Source: Kosmotogales bacterium | Lineage (GTDB): Bacteria > Thermotogota > Thermotogae > Petrotogales > Kosmotogaceae | Reading direction: 5' to 3' | DNA: 64,000 bases | Assembly: GCA_030156385.1 (NCBI GenBank) | Contig: JASGMR010000003.1 | Span: 250-64,249 of the forward strand | Part shown: positions 55,575-64,000 of the stretch, piece by piece | Layout: each line of letters begins with the position of its first letter | How positions within the stretch are numbered: position 1 is the stretch's first letter | Position numbers and translations under genes: made by a program | The notes under the pieces: generated by a model | Told to the model about the DNA's origin: nothing | Databases searched by the model: none | The model's input: only the letters and a program-made list of their open reading frames with translations

Positions 55575-57577
55575 TGATTTTCGAATTGACTACAAAGATG
55601 ATACCTCAGGGCGATCAGGAACAGGCGATAGAGAAATTGGTAGAAGGCTTGAACAGAGGAGACAAATATCAAACTTTATTGGGTGTCACAGGTTCCGGGA
55701 AAACATTCACCATAGCCAATGTTCTTCAGAGAGTTCAGAGACCGGCGCTTGTAATTTCTCCAAATAAGACCCTTGTTACACAACTATTCAGAGAATTCAG
55801 AGGTTTCTTCAAAAATAATAAAATCGAGTTGTTTATCAGTTATTACGATTATTATCAACCGGAAGCGTATATTCCTTCCAAAGATATGTATATAGAAAAA
55901 GATGCTCAGATAAATGAGACTATTGAAAGAATGCGAATATCCGCATTAAAAAGTGTTTTAACGAGAAATGACACCGTTGTTGCGGCAAGTGTTTCGGCCA
56001 TTTATGCCAGTGGTAATCCCGATGATTTCAGGGGACTAAATATAAATCTTGAAGTTGGAAATACGATAACGAGAAAAGAACTGACAAAAAGATTGGTGGC
56101 AATTCAATACAACAGATCTGAGGATATTGCTTCTGCGGGTGTTTTTCACATTAAGGGAGATGTTTTTGAAATTTATCCTCCGTATGAAGAATACGGTATA
56201 AGAGTTTATTTTTTTGATAATGAAATAGAGAAGATAACAACTTTTGATTATGTCAACAGGAGTAAAATTGAAGAGTTTGATAAGATCACTATTTATCCTG
56301 CTAAAGAATTCGTAACTCCGGAAGAGAAAATCAATAGATCTTTGAAGGCGATAGAAGCTGAGTTGAATATGAGGGTAAAAGAGTTCGAAGCGAACGGTAA
56401 ACTTCTCGAGGCCCAGAGATTAAAGCAGAGAACCATATACGATATAGAAATGTTGTCCACTATGGGGTATTGTTCTGGGATAGAAAATTATTCGCGATTC
56501 TTTGACGGAAGAAACCCCGGAGATCCCCCTTTCACCTTGATGAATTATTTTGATAAAGATTATATTTGTATTATTGACGAATCACATGTTGCTGTTCCTC
56601 AGCTTCGGGCAATGTATAGAGGGGATTATTCGAGAAAAAAAAATCTGGTTGAATATGGCTTCAGAATTCCCTCTGCTTTTGATAACAGACCGTTGAAGTT
56701 CGAGGAAATATTAAAAAGAATGGGGCAGGTGATTTTTGTTTCAGCAACCCCAGGGGATTTTGAGCTCGATAATTCAACTCAAATCGTTGACCAGGTTATA
56801 AGACCCACGGGTTTGGTCGATCCTGAAGTTGTAGTAAAACCTACGGAGAATCAGGTCGATGATTTCATAGATGAAATGGAGAAAGTTATAGATAGAAAAG
56901 AAAGGGCCCTTGTTACTGTGTTGACGAAAAAAACAGCCGAAATGATGAGTACTTATTTGAATGAGATGGGTATAAAATCAGAATATTTGCATTCGGAACT
57001 TGATACAATTGAAAGGGCGGAGGTGCTTAAGCAACTTAGAGAAGGAACGATAGATGTTGTTGTAGGCGTTAACCTTCTGAGAGAGGGCCTTGATCTGCCG
57101 GAAGTTTCTTTAGTCGCGATTATGGATGCCGATAAAGAAGGATTTTTAAGATCTGAAATCACTCTTATTCAAACTATAGGAAGAGCGGCCAGAAACATAA
57201 ATGGTAGAGTACTGTTATATGCGGACAGGATAACCGGTTCGATGGAAAGGGCCATAACCGAAACGAACCGGAGAAGAGAAAAACAGATTCTATACAATGA
57301 ACTCAATGGAATCACACCGGAATCTATCAGAAAACCTATTTACGATAATGTTTTTTCTGAGTTCATCTCAGATAATGAAAAAGTAGAAGAGGCCAAGGAT
57401 AAATATATGGGTGGTATTTTTGCACTCAAAGAAAGTTTGGAAACTGAGGACTATGCTGCTATACTTGAAGAAGAAATGTTGAGGGCATCGAGTGAACTGA
57501 GATTCGAAGATGCGGCCACGTTGAGAGATGAGTTGTATAAGGCCAAACGTAATATTAAAAAAGGTGATACGAAATGA
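55574..57577 (+). CDS. uvrB: Excinuclease ABC subunit B
   Basis: [13 protein letters not shown], helicase C motifs, C-terminal UVR domain ([12 protein letters not shown]). Confidence 0.95.
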   Translation: MIFELTTKMIPQGDQEQAIEKLVEGLNRGDKYQTLLGVTGSGKTFTIANVLQRVQRPALVISPNKTLVTQLFREFRGFFKNNKIELFISYYDYYQPEAYIPSKDMYIEKDAQINETIERMRISALKSVLTRNDTVVAASVSAIYASGNPDDFRGLNINLEVGNTITRKELTKRLVAIQYNRSEDIASAGVFHIKGDVFEIYPPYEEYGIRVYFFDNEIEKITTFDYVNRSKIEEFDKITIYPAKEFVTPEEKINRSLKAIEAELNMRVKEFEANGKLLEAQRLKQRTIYDIEMLSTMGYCSGIENYSRFFDGRNPGDPPFTLMNYFDKDYICIIDESHVAVPQLRAMYRGDYSRKKNLVEYGFRIPSAFDNRPLKFEEILKRMGQVIFVSATPGDFELDNSTQIVDQVIRPTGLVDPEVVVKPTENQVDDFIDEMEKVIDRKERALVTVLTKKTAEMMSTYLNEMGIKSEYLHSELDTIERAEVLKQLREGTIDVVVGVNLLREGLDLPEVSLVAIMDADKEGFLRSEITLIQTIGRAARNINGRVLLYADRITGSMERAITETNRRREKQILYNELNGITPESIRKPIYDNVFSEFISDNEKVEEAKDKYMGGIFALKESLETEDYAAILEEEMLRASSELRFEDAATLRDELYKAKRNIKKGDTK

Positions 57578-58014
57578 AAACAGTAGTTACAAATCGAAAA
57601 GCCAGATTTCAATATTTTTTGCTTGAGAAATGGGAAGCGGGAGTGTCTTTAAAGGGGACGGAAGTTAAATCTTTAAGAGAAGGTGCGGCTTCATTAAATG
57701 AGTCCTATTGTAAGATTGAAGGGAATGAGGTGTTTTTGTTGGAGTCCAATATTACTCCCTATAATCAGGGGAATATATGGAATCATGATCCAAAAAGAAA
57801 AAGAAAACTTCTCATGCATAAAAAAGAAATTTTAAAGATCAAACAGAAGTTGATGGAAAAAGGGTTGACTTTGATTCCCGTGAAAATATATTTTAATGAT
57901 AAAGGGAAAGCGAAAGTGGAAGTTGCTTTAGCCAAGGGGAAAAAATTATACGATAAAAGAGAAACCATACAGAAAAGAGATACGGAGAGAAGGTTGAGAG
58001 GAAAAGAATATTGA
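57574..58014 (+). CDS. smpB: SsrA-binding protein
   Basis: [29 protein letters not shown] and a basic C-terminal tail. ATGA overlap with uvrB. Confidence 0.95.
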   Translation: MKTVVTNRKARFQYFLLEKWEAGVSLKGTEVKSLREGAASLNESYCKIEGNEVFLLESNITPYNQGNIWNHDPKRKRKLLMHKKEILKIKQKLMEKGLTLIPVKIYFNDKGKAKVEVALAKGKKLYDKRETIQKRDTERRLRGKEY

Positions 58015-58026
58015 GGGGTGATCTGG

Positions 58027-59124
58027 ATGTCTTTGGCAGATAAGATAGTTATTAAAAGTAACCCAATGGTTGATTTGCTGACATCGATAGTCAGGATGAT
58101 GAACAACGATTATATCAATAAAATTGCTTCTGAAACTTATGGCATCGGGTATAAAAGGGATGAATATATACAATACTGGGTGGAAGAAAATAGTTTGAAA
58201 TTGCCCAATTATATCCTGGACATTCAAAAAAAATTTATAAAAGAAATTCTAATATTTCAAGGTTTCACATTCGATTTTTATTTCAACGATATCGATACTA
58301 TTGAAAAAGCTAATGAATATTTATCTGCTCTTCCGGCTAAAGAGATTGTAAAAAGTATATTGGGATTTGTTGCCAATTCGGACCCTATCGAAGATATAAA
58401 AGACAGTTTATTTAATGATGACAGGGAAAAAATATTATTTCTCAAAGATTTGAAAACGTTGAACGCCTTTCAGAAATCTTATATCCTTGATTTTCTTGAT
58501 AATCCCGAAGAAATCAAGGAAGATATAATAAAAATAATAAATTTTTATTACGATAATTTTTTCAGAGAGAGGGAAAAGGAAATTGTTCAGATAAATATTG
58601 ATTACAGCGATTTAATAAAACAGAATATAAAAAAGTTGGGGGATAATTATATAAAAAGTTTGTTTTTAATGGATATCTCCTCAGTATTAGAAGAAAGTCA
58701 GGAAATAGGTATCTATGCAAATTATTTTTTTGGTTTATACAGGGACGTTCTCATTTCTAAGAAAGATGAAGAAGAGGAAACGTTCAAAAATAACGAAAGG
58801 ATACTCTTGATTATAGGATATAATCTGGTTAAAAATATCAGTATAAAACAAAATCCCGAATCGATTTTAACTAAAGTTTTTTCAAATCTTTCAAATGAAA
58901 AGACGCTTAAAATACTCAAATTTTTGGATAACAACGAGTCAGAGAAAAGAGAAATTTCCGATAGATTGGGAATGACTATCGATGAAATAAATTTTGCTGT
59001 GGGTTTTTTGCTTTCGGCAAATATAATCAATATAGAACTGGGTCGAAAATTGACTTATCAGTTTTCCTCTAAAGCTTTTATAGAAAAGATAAGTAAAATT
59101 CTTTCGGATTTTTTTAATAAGTAA
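58027..59124 (+). CDS. Hypothetical protein: large helical N-domain plus C-terminal ArsR-like winged HTH
   Basis: C-terminal LKILKFLDNNESEKREISDRLGMTIDEINFAVGFLLSANIINIE looks like a wHTH. The ATG at 58027 has GAGGGGTG upstream; the ORF track starts at 58018. Confidence 0.5.
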   Translation: MSLADKIVIKSNPMVDLLTSIVRMMNNDYINKIASETYGIGYKRDEYIQYWVEENSLKLPNYILDIQKKFIKEILIFQGFTFDFYFNDIDTIEKANEYLSALPAKEIVKSILGFVANSDPIEDIKDSLFNDDREKILFLKDLKTLNAFQKSYILDFLDNPEEIKEDIIKIINFYYDNFFREREKEIVQINIDYSDLIKQNIKKLGDNYIKSLFLMDISSVLEESQEIGIYANYFFGLYRDVLISKKDEEEETFKNNERILLIIGYNLVKNISIKQNPESILTKVFSNLSNEKTLKILKFLDNNESEKREISDRLGMTIDEINFAVGFLLSANIINIELGRKLTYQFSSKAFIEKISKILSDFFNK

Positions 59125-59211
59125 ACAGGATAAAATCCACAATCAATTTCTATTTTACATTTTTAAATGATAAAATTGTAGGGAAAAACTCTGCGAAGGA
59201 GTGTGGTCTCT

Positions 59212-60213
59212 ATGGTCAAAGCATTGATAATGGCGGGCGGTGTTGGTGAAAGATTGTGGCCACTCAGTACTGACGAGAAGCCAAAACAATTTCATTGTTT
59301 TGGATCACAGAGAATGATGATTGAAAAAACCATAGACAGAATAAAAAATATCGTTGATGAAATATTCATAATTACGACAAAAGACCAATCTGAGCTTTTT
59401 CACAGATATTTGAGAGATTTTCCAAAAGAAAATATTATTTCAGAACCCGCGAGGAAAAACACGGGTCCTGCCATAGTTTTTGGCTCTGCAGGAATGGATG
59501 AAGAAGATATTATGGTTGTTCTTCCGGCGGATCATATAATTAAAGATATCGATTTATTTCAAAAGACTGTACTCGCTGCAATAGAAGAGGCTAAAAAATA
59601 CGATGAGTTGATTACAATAGGTGTTTCACCTACCGAACCAAACACGGGATATGGATATATAGAACGTGGAGAATTAATCAACGAAGAAAACAATATTTAT
59701 AAAGTTAAGATGTTTCATGAAAAACCCGATTTAGAAATGGCCAGAGCTTATATAATGTCCAAAAATTTTTACTGGAATTCCGGTATGTTTATCTGGAAAA
59801 AGAAAGTTTTGATAAATGCCGTTCAGAAACGAATACCGGATGTTTATCAGGGGTATCTGGATTATCTGAATAATCCGGAAAAATTTGAAGAGATATATTC
59901 TAAATTACCCTCGATATCTATAGATTTTGGAATAATGGAGAAGTCAACAAATGTAGAGGTCATTCCGGGAAATTTTTACTGGAACGATGTCGGAAGTTGG
60001 TTTTCGGTTTATGATATTGAAAAAAAGGATTCTATGGGAAATGCTGTTATCGGGAAATTCAAATTAAACGAAGTTTCAAACAGCTTATTAATCAATTATA
60101 TGGATAATGTAGTTGGAATTACTAATTTAAGCAACGTTGTCGTTGTGGTTTCCGAAGATGGAATACTTATTTCAGATATAAACAAAACTCAAAATGTGAA
60201 AAAATTATTATAA
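59212..60213 (+). CDS. Mannose-1-phosphate guanylyltransferase (nucleotidyltransferase domain only)
   Basis: LIMAGGVGERLWPLS, GYGYIE, NSGMFIW. The ATG at 59212 has AAGGAG 10 nt upstream. Confidence 0.8.
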   Translation: MVKALIMAGGVGERLWPLSTDEKPKQFHCFGSQRMMIEKTIDRIKNIVDEIFIITTKDQSELFHRYLRDFPKENIISEPARKNTGPAIVFGSAGMDEEDIMVVLPADHIIKDIDLFQKTVLAAIEEAKKYDELITIGVSPTEPNTGYGYIERGELINEENNIYKVKMFHEKPDLEMARAYIMSKNFYWNSGMFIWKKKVLINAVQKRIPDVYQGYLDYLNNPEKFEEIYSKLPSISIDFGIMEKSTNVEVIPGNFYWNDVGSWFSVYDIEKKDSMGNAVIGKFKLNEVSNSLLINYMDNVVGITNLSNVVVVVSEDGILISDINKTQNVKKLL

Positions 60214-60226
60214 ACGGGGTGAGAAA

Positions 60227-61612
60227 ATGGAGAAGAGGATTGATGAAATAGTTCTTACGATGCGCGAGGATATAATCAAAGGAGTTCAAAGATTGGTTAA
60301 AATTAAATCTGATGAGGGAGAGCCTGAAGAAGGGGCCCCCTTTGGAGAGGGTCCTCTTGAAGCTTTGAAAGAAGCGCTGAAAATGGGAAAAGAACTCGGT
60401 TTTGAAACAAAAAATGTTGATAATTATGCCGGTCATATTCAATACGGGAACAGTGGGGAATTATTTGGTGTTTTGGGACATCTAGATGTAGTTCCGGCAG
60501 GTATCGGTTGGAAACATCCTCCCTACAATGCGGAGATTGAAGATGGAAAAATTTACGGCAGAGGTACTGCTGATGATAAAGGTCCTGTTGTTGCAGCGCT
60601 TTTCGCATTGAAAGCAGTAAAAGATTCCGGTATTCCTATAAAAAACAGAGTCAGATTGATCATGGGAACTCAGGAAGAATCCGGCTGGGGTGGTATACTT
60701 CACTATTTGAACAAAGAAGAGGAACCTGAAATGTCAGTTTCGCCTGATGCAGGGTTTCCAATTATTAATGCTGAAAAAGGTATCGTTAACTATTCATTTA
60801 AATCAAAAATTGATGACTGGAAAGATGGTTTGAAATTGAAATCTTTGAATTGCGGTGAGGCATCGAATATGGTTGCAATGGATTCGTATGCTACCATAGA
60901 GAATTTTTCCGATGAAGATCTTCAAATCATAAAGGACTTTAAACCTTATAATGAAGCTATTTTAGATTATGAAATCAAGGGAAAAGAGATAATCATTCAT
61001 TTCAAAGGAAAATCTGCACACGGCTCGATGCCGCATCTTGGGATAAGCTCATTGGCTGCAATGGTTCATTTGTTGGCATCTTTGAATTTTTCAAGTGATA
61101 AGCTGAATTTATATTTTAAAACTATAAATGAAAAATTGGGATATGAGATGGATGGCAGATCTCTTGGTATATCTGGTTCTGATAACACTTCTGGTCCATT
61201 AACGGTTAATTCCGGAACTTTGAAGTTGAAAAATAATGAACTTGAATATGTAATAAACATAAGATACCCGATATTTTTTAATGAGAAAATGATAAATTCG
61301 CAAATAAAAGAAGCCCTGAAGGGTATAGAAGTCGAAGGATCGAATCATAAAGAACCTCTGTATGTATCGCCGGACAGTGATCTCATTGTTCTGTTAAGAG
61401 AAGTGTACGAAGAAATGACCGGGCTCGATTCCGAACCATTTTCCATAGGTGGTGGCACATATGCTAGAGCGGTGAAAAATGCCGTTGCATTTGGGATTTG
61501 CTTCCCCGATGACGAAGATATTGCGCATAAGCCCGATGAATATGTAGAGATTGACAAATTGATGACCTCCGCGAGAATTTATGCTCAGCTTCTTTACAGG
61601 GTATTGAAGTAG
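60227..61612 (+). CDS. pepV: M20A dipeptidase (PepV/Sapep-like)
   Basis: GHLDVVPAG, GRGTADDKGP, EESG, and an inserted lid domain. 461 aa. Confidence 0.8.
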   Translation: MEKRIDEIVLTMREDIIKGVQRLVKIKSDEGEPEEGAPFGEGPLEALKEALKMGKELGFETKNVDNYAGHIQYGNSGELFGVLGHLDVVPAGIGWKHPPYNAEIEDGKIYGRGTADDKGPVVAALFALKAVKDSGIPIKNRVRLIMGTQEESGWGGILHYLNKEEEPEMSVSPDAGFPIINAEKGIVNYSFKSKIDDWKDGLKLKSLNCGEASNMVAMDSYATIENFSDEDLQIIKDFKPYNEAILDYEIKGKEIIIHFKGKSAHGSMPHLGISSLAAMVHLLASLNFSSDKLNLYFKTINEKLGYEMDGRSLGISGSDNTSGPLTVNSGTLKLKNNELEYVINIRYPIFFNEKMINSQIKEALKGIEVEGSNHKEPLYVSPDSDLIVLLREVYEEMTGLDSEPFSIGGGTYARAVKNAVAFGICFPDDEDIAHKPDEYVEIDKLMTSARIYAQLLYRVLK

Positions 61613-61621
61613 GTAAGAATA

Positions 61622-62815
61622 TTGGAATTAAAATTTTTAACTATAGATGACTATGATGAATTTTATAAATTGAATAGCTTTGCATTTACAGTTTCAAGGG
61701 ATATTTCCGTTCCCGTATCAAAGCACCTGAAAGATGTTTTGAAAGATGATTCAGTTATAAAACTCGGTGCTTTTGAAAATGATAAAATGATTTCCTCTCT
61801 TATAATTCTTAAGATAGAGATGAACTTCAGAAATTCGGTTATAAAGATGGGTGGAATAGGGAATGTCTGTTCTTCTTCCATTTACAGAAGTAAAGGCGGA
61901 GTTAAGTTTCTGATGGAAAAAACTTTTGAACTATTGAACCGCGAAAATATTCCCATTTCTGTTCTTTATCCCTTCAGTACGGCTTTTTACAGAAAGTTCG
62001 GATATGAAATTTTTGATGAAAGAAAAGAATTCATCGTTCCGCCCGGTGAAATTAAAGATTTTGAATTGAAAAGTGATGGATATGAGATTATAGAATACTC
62101 TGTTATCGATGAAATTGATGAAAAACTAATCGAAGAATTGAATAGTTTAACCGGAGATAGATATAATTTCATAGTCAGAAATAGAGAACACTGGAAAAGA
62201 GAACTCACACTCTGGATGCCCAATGATGTTGCAAAAAAATTAATTCTATTTAAAAATGAAGATGAAGTTCAGGGTTATATTATCTGTGGTCAAAAGGTGG
62301 ACGATGGAGAAGGATCATTAACTGTAAGAGAGTTTGTCTATAAAAATGAGGAAGTAAAAAGACTTATTTTTAAAATGCTTAAAGGATTATCCTTTCAGTT
62401 CAGTAAAATTGTTCTCATTGTTCCATCCGATTTTGTTTTGTGGCCATATGTGAAAAATTATAATTTTATTAAAAGAAAAATTGTAGATACCCCGATGATA
62501 AGAATTGTAAACTTACTGGATTTAAATGGGATGAAAGTCGATGGTGAAGATTTTTCCCTCGTTATCAAGATAAATGATAAAAATTGTGAGTGGAATAATG
62601 GAGTTTTTGTGATTGAATTAAAAGATGGAGTATTATATATTAAGAAAAGTGAAGAAAATCCTGAAATAGAATTGTCCATCGGACAGTTATCGAGTGTTTT
62701 ATCCGGTTTTACAAATTTTGAGGAATTGATTAAAATGAATTTTATAAAGGTGAATGAAAACTACTCTGATCAGGATTTTAAGAAAAAAACAACATTTATT
62801 AACCAGCATTTTTAA
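61622..62815 (+). CDS. Eis-like GNAT N-acetyltransferase (GNAT + SCP2-like C-terminus)
   Basis: About 400-aa three-domain layout. GNAT core (GIGNVCSSSIYRSKG, YRKFGYE). TTG start. Confidence 0.6.
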   Translation: MELKFLTIDDYDEFYKLNSFAFTVSRDISVPVSKHLKDVLKDDSVIKLGAFENDKMISSLIILKIEMNFRNSVIKMGGIGNVCSSSIYRSKGGVKFLMEKTFELLNRENIPISVLYPFSTAFYRKFGYEIFDERKEFIVPPGEIKDFELKSDGYEIIEYSVIDEIDEKLIEELNSLTGDRYNFIVRNREHWKRELTLWMPNDVAKKLILFKNEDEVQGYIICGQKVDDGEGSLTVREFVYKNEEVKRLIFKMLKGLSFQFSKIVLIVPSDFVLWPYVKNYNFIKRKIVDTPMIRIVNLLDLNGMKVDGEDFSLVIKINDKNCEWNNGVFVIELKDGVLYIKKSEENPEIELSIGQLSSVLSGFTNFEELIKMNFIKVNENYSDQDFKKKTTFINQHF

Positions 62816-62824
62816 GGAGGAATT

Positions 62825-63628
62825 ATGAAGATAGGAATTTTGGGGGTTGGAAATATCGGTGATCTTTTCCTTCAAAGATTATTGGAAGAAGATGGAGATA
62901 ATTCTTATTATATTTTCGATCCGGAAAAGGAAAAAACGAAGAAATATCATTCTGATGAGAGAGTAACCGTTTGTAAAACAGAAGAGAACGTCATAAATAA
63001 TTCTGAAGTAATCATTCCCTGTGTCAAACCCCAGTATGCGGAAAATGTTCTGATAAAATTCCAGAGTTCTCAGAATAAAGATGCATTGATCATAAGTCCA
63101 ATAACTGGATTCAACATACATAAGATAAAACATGTTTCCGGTATGAATAAAATAGTTACTATAATGCCCAATCTTCCCGCGTATGTTGGTGAAGGACTGA
63201 CATTATATTGTCTTTCGGATGATATAAATAAAAACGATCTGGAAATTATGAAAAAAATTCTTTCGTCCCTTGGCAAATTCACACAGATAAAGGAGAGAGA
63301 TTTCCCCGCTGTAACCGCCCTCTGTGGAAGCAATCCAGCTTTTATTTTTGTGATAATCGAATCTATGATAGATGCGGGTATAAAAATGGGCTTTTCATAT
63401 GAAAAATCGAAAGAAATGGTATTGCAGACCATAATAGGCTCGGCAAAGCTGATCAAAAAAACCGGGATGCATCCTGGAATTGCCAAGAATACGGTTACTT
63501 CGCCAGCGGGAACTACGATAGAAGGTATATATTTTATGGAAAAAAATGGTTTAAGGGGAACTATTTTGGAAGCTCTTATAACCACATACGATAAAGCCAA
63601 AGAATTCTATGATACTTACAAGGAGTGA
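62825..63628 (+). CDS. proC: Pyrroline-5-carboxylate reductase
   Basis: GILGVGNIG Rossmann start, and a C-terminal dimerisation domain with SPAGTTIEG. Confidence 0.9.
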   Translation: MKIGILGVGNIGDLFLQRLLEEDGDNSYYIFDPEKEKTKKYHSDERVTVCKTEENVINNSEVIIPCVKPQYAENVLIKFQSSQNKDALIISPITGFNIHKIKHVSGMNKIVTIMPNLPAYVGEGLTLYCLSDDINKNDLEIMKKILSSLGKFTQIKERDFPAVTALCGSNPAFIFVIIESMIDAGIKMGFSYEKSKEMVLQTIIGSAKLIKKTGMHPGIAKNTVTSPAGTTIEGIYFMEKNGLRGTILEALITTYDKAKEFYDTYKE

Positions 63629-63634
63629 CAATTC

Positions 63635-64000
63635 TTGAACATAACTACTCAGGCAAAAAAAGTGAAAGAATCCAGTTTGATATTGATGAAACTCACAAAT
63701 GAAGAGAAGAACAAAGCATTGCTGAAGATTTCAGAATCAATTTTGAATAATAAAGAAGAAATTTTAAAAGCCAATAGAATAGATGTTGAAAATGCTGAAA
63801 AGAAAGGTATAAAACGTTCTTTGATAGACAGATTATTGCTCACCGAAAAGAGAATTTTAGAAATGGCTCAGGCGTGTGAAAAAGTTGCCGCTTTAGATGA
63901 TCCGGTGGGTGAAATTCTGACATCATGGCTTCAGGAAGACGGATTGAGAATATCGAAGATAAGAGTTCCGATTGGATCAATAGGCATAATATATGAATCG
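63635..64000 (+). CDS. proA: Gamma-glutamyl phosphate reductase, N-terminal part (3' end outside window)
   Basis: Not in the ORF track because it is open-ended. TTG at 63635 lies 9 nt after AGGAG. Product ...NEEKNKALLKISESILNNKEEILKANRIDVENAEKKGIKRSLIDRLLLTEKRI...RVPIGSIGIIYES is typical ProA. Confidence 0.85.
   Translation, partial: MNITTQAKKVKESSLILMKLTNEEKNKALLKISESILNNKEEILKANRIDVENAEKKGIKRSLIDRLLLTEKRILEMAQACEKVAALDDPVGEILTSWLQEDGLRISKIRVPIGSIGIIYES

Noticed and set aside
63070-63600. Long antisense ORFs inside well-supported genes: 176 aa in proC, 167 aa at 50905-51408 in folC, 161 aa at 52450-52935 in glmU, 158 aa at 47777-48253 in valS, 155 aa at 11065-11532 in the BceB-like gene, 149 aa at 13-462
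   Set aside because: All are fully embedded opposite strongly conserved genes, lack SD sequences and give low-complexity products. Typical shadow ORFs. Only ribosome profiling could revive them.

Overview
AT-rich, very gene-dense bacterial chromosomal segment with about 65 protein genes, many joined by 1-30 nt start/stop overlaps. No rRNA, tRNA, CRISPR array, transposase or integrase is visible. The K/I/E/N-rich proteins, near-exclusive AGA Arg codons, a BamA-like outer-envelope protein, thyX and long mixed-function operons suggest a Thermotogota-like thermophile; this is inference only.

Housekeeping blocks:
- BMP-type ABC importer (1-3064)
- queD-ecfT
- guaA
- rbfA-truB-ribF
- valS-folC-ruvA
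- glmU-prs-ctc-pth-uvrB-smpB (Bacillus-like order)
- proC-proA
- sugar genes: PfkB kinase, PMI, Pfp-like PFK, alpha-glucan phosphorylase, mannose-1-P guanylyltransferase

Regions worth a second look:
1. A compositionally foreign island of about 5.6 kb (7.56-13.16 kb), just 3' of guaA. It carries a tightly coupled Firmicutes-type BceAB/BceRS peptide-antibiotic module with a predicted activator-dependent promoter. Decayed non-coding relics flank it and it has no mobility genes.
2. A five-gene signalling cassette (DRTGG, CBS-HATPase, DRTGG, PHP, HATPase; 17.2-20.2 kb) embedded in a 9-kb supraoperon, with no hydrogenase partner in the window.
3. A secreted-enzyme locus (26.4-34.6 kb). It encodes a three-domain chagasin-type cysteine-peptidase inhibitor, gamma-glutamyltranspeptidase, an unknown secreted protein, three tandem paralogous HxxE...H zinc deacylase/carboxypeptidase-like exoproteins, a DctM-like permease and a tiny coupled membrane ORF.
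4. A 1489-aa membrane-anchored protein with 12 FN3/Ig-like modules and a propeller-like C-terminus. It sits where nusA-infB normally precede rbfA.
5. A YtrA/GntR-ABC-DUF4097 envelope-stress-like operon with a clear promoter overlapped by a palindromic operator.

All functional calls come from motif recognition by eye. No database search or computation was run.
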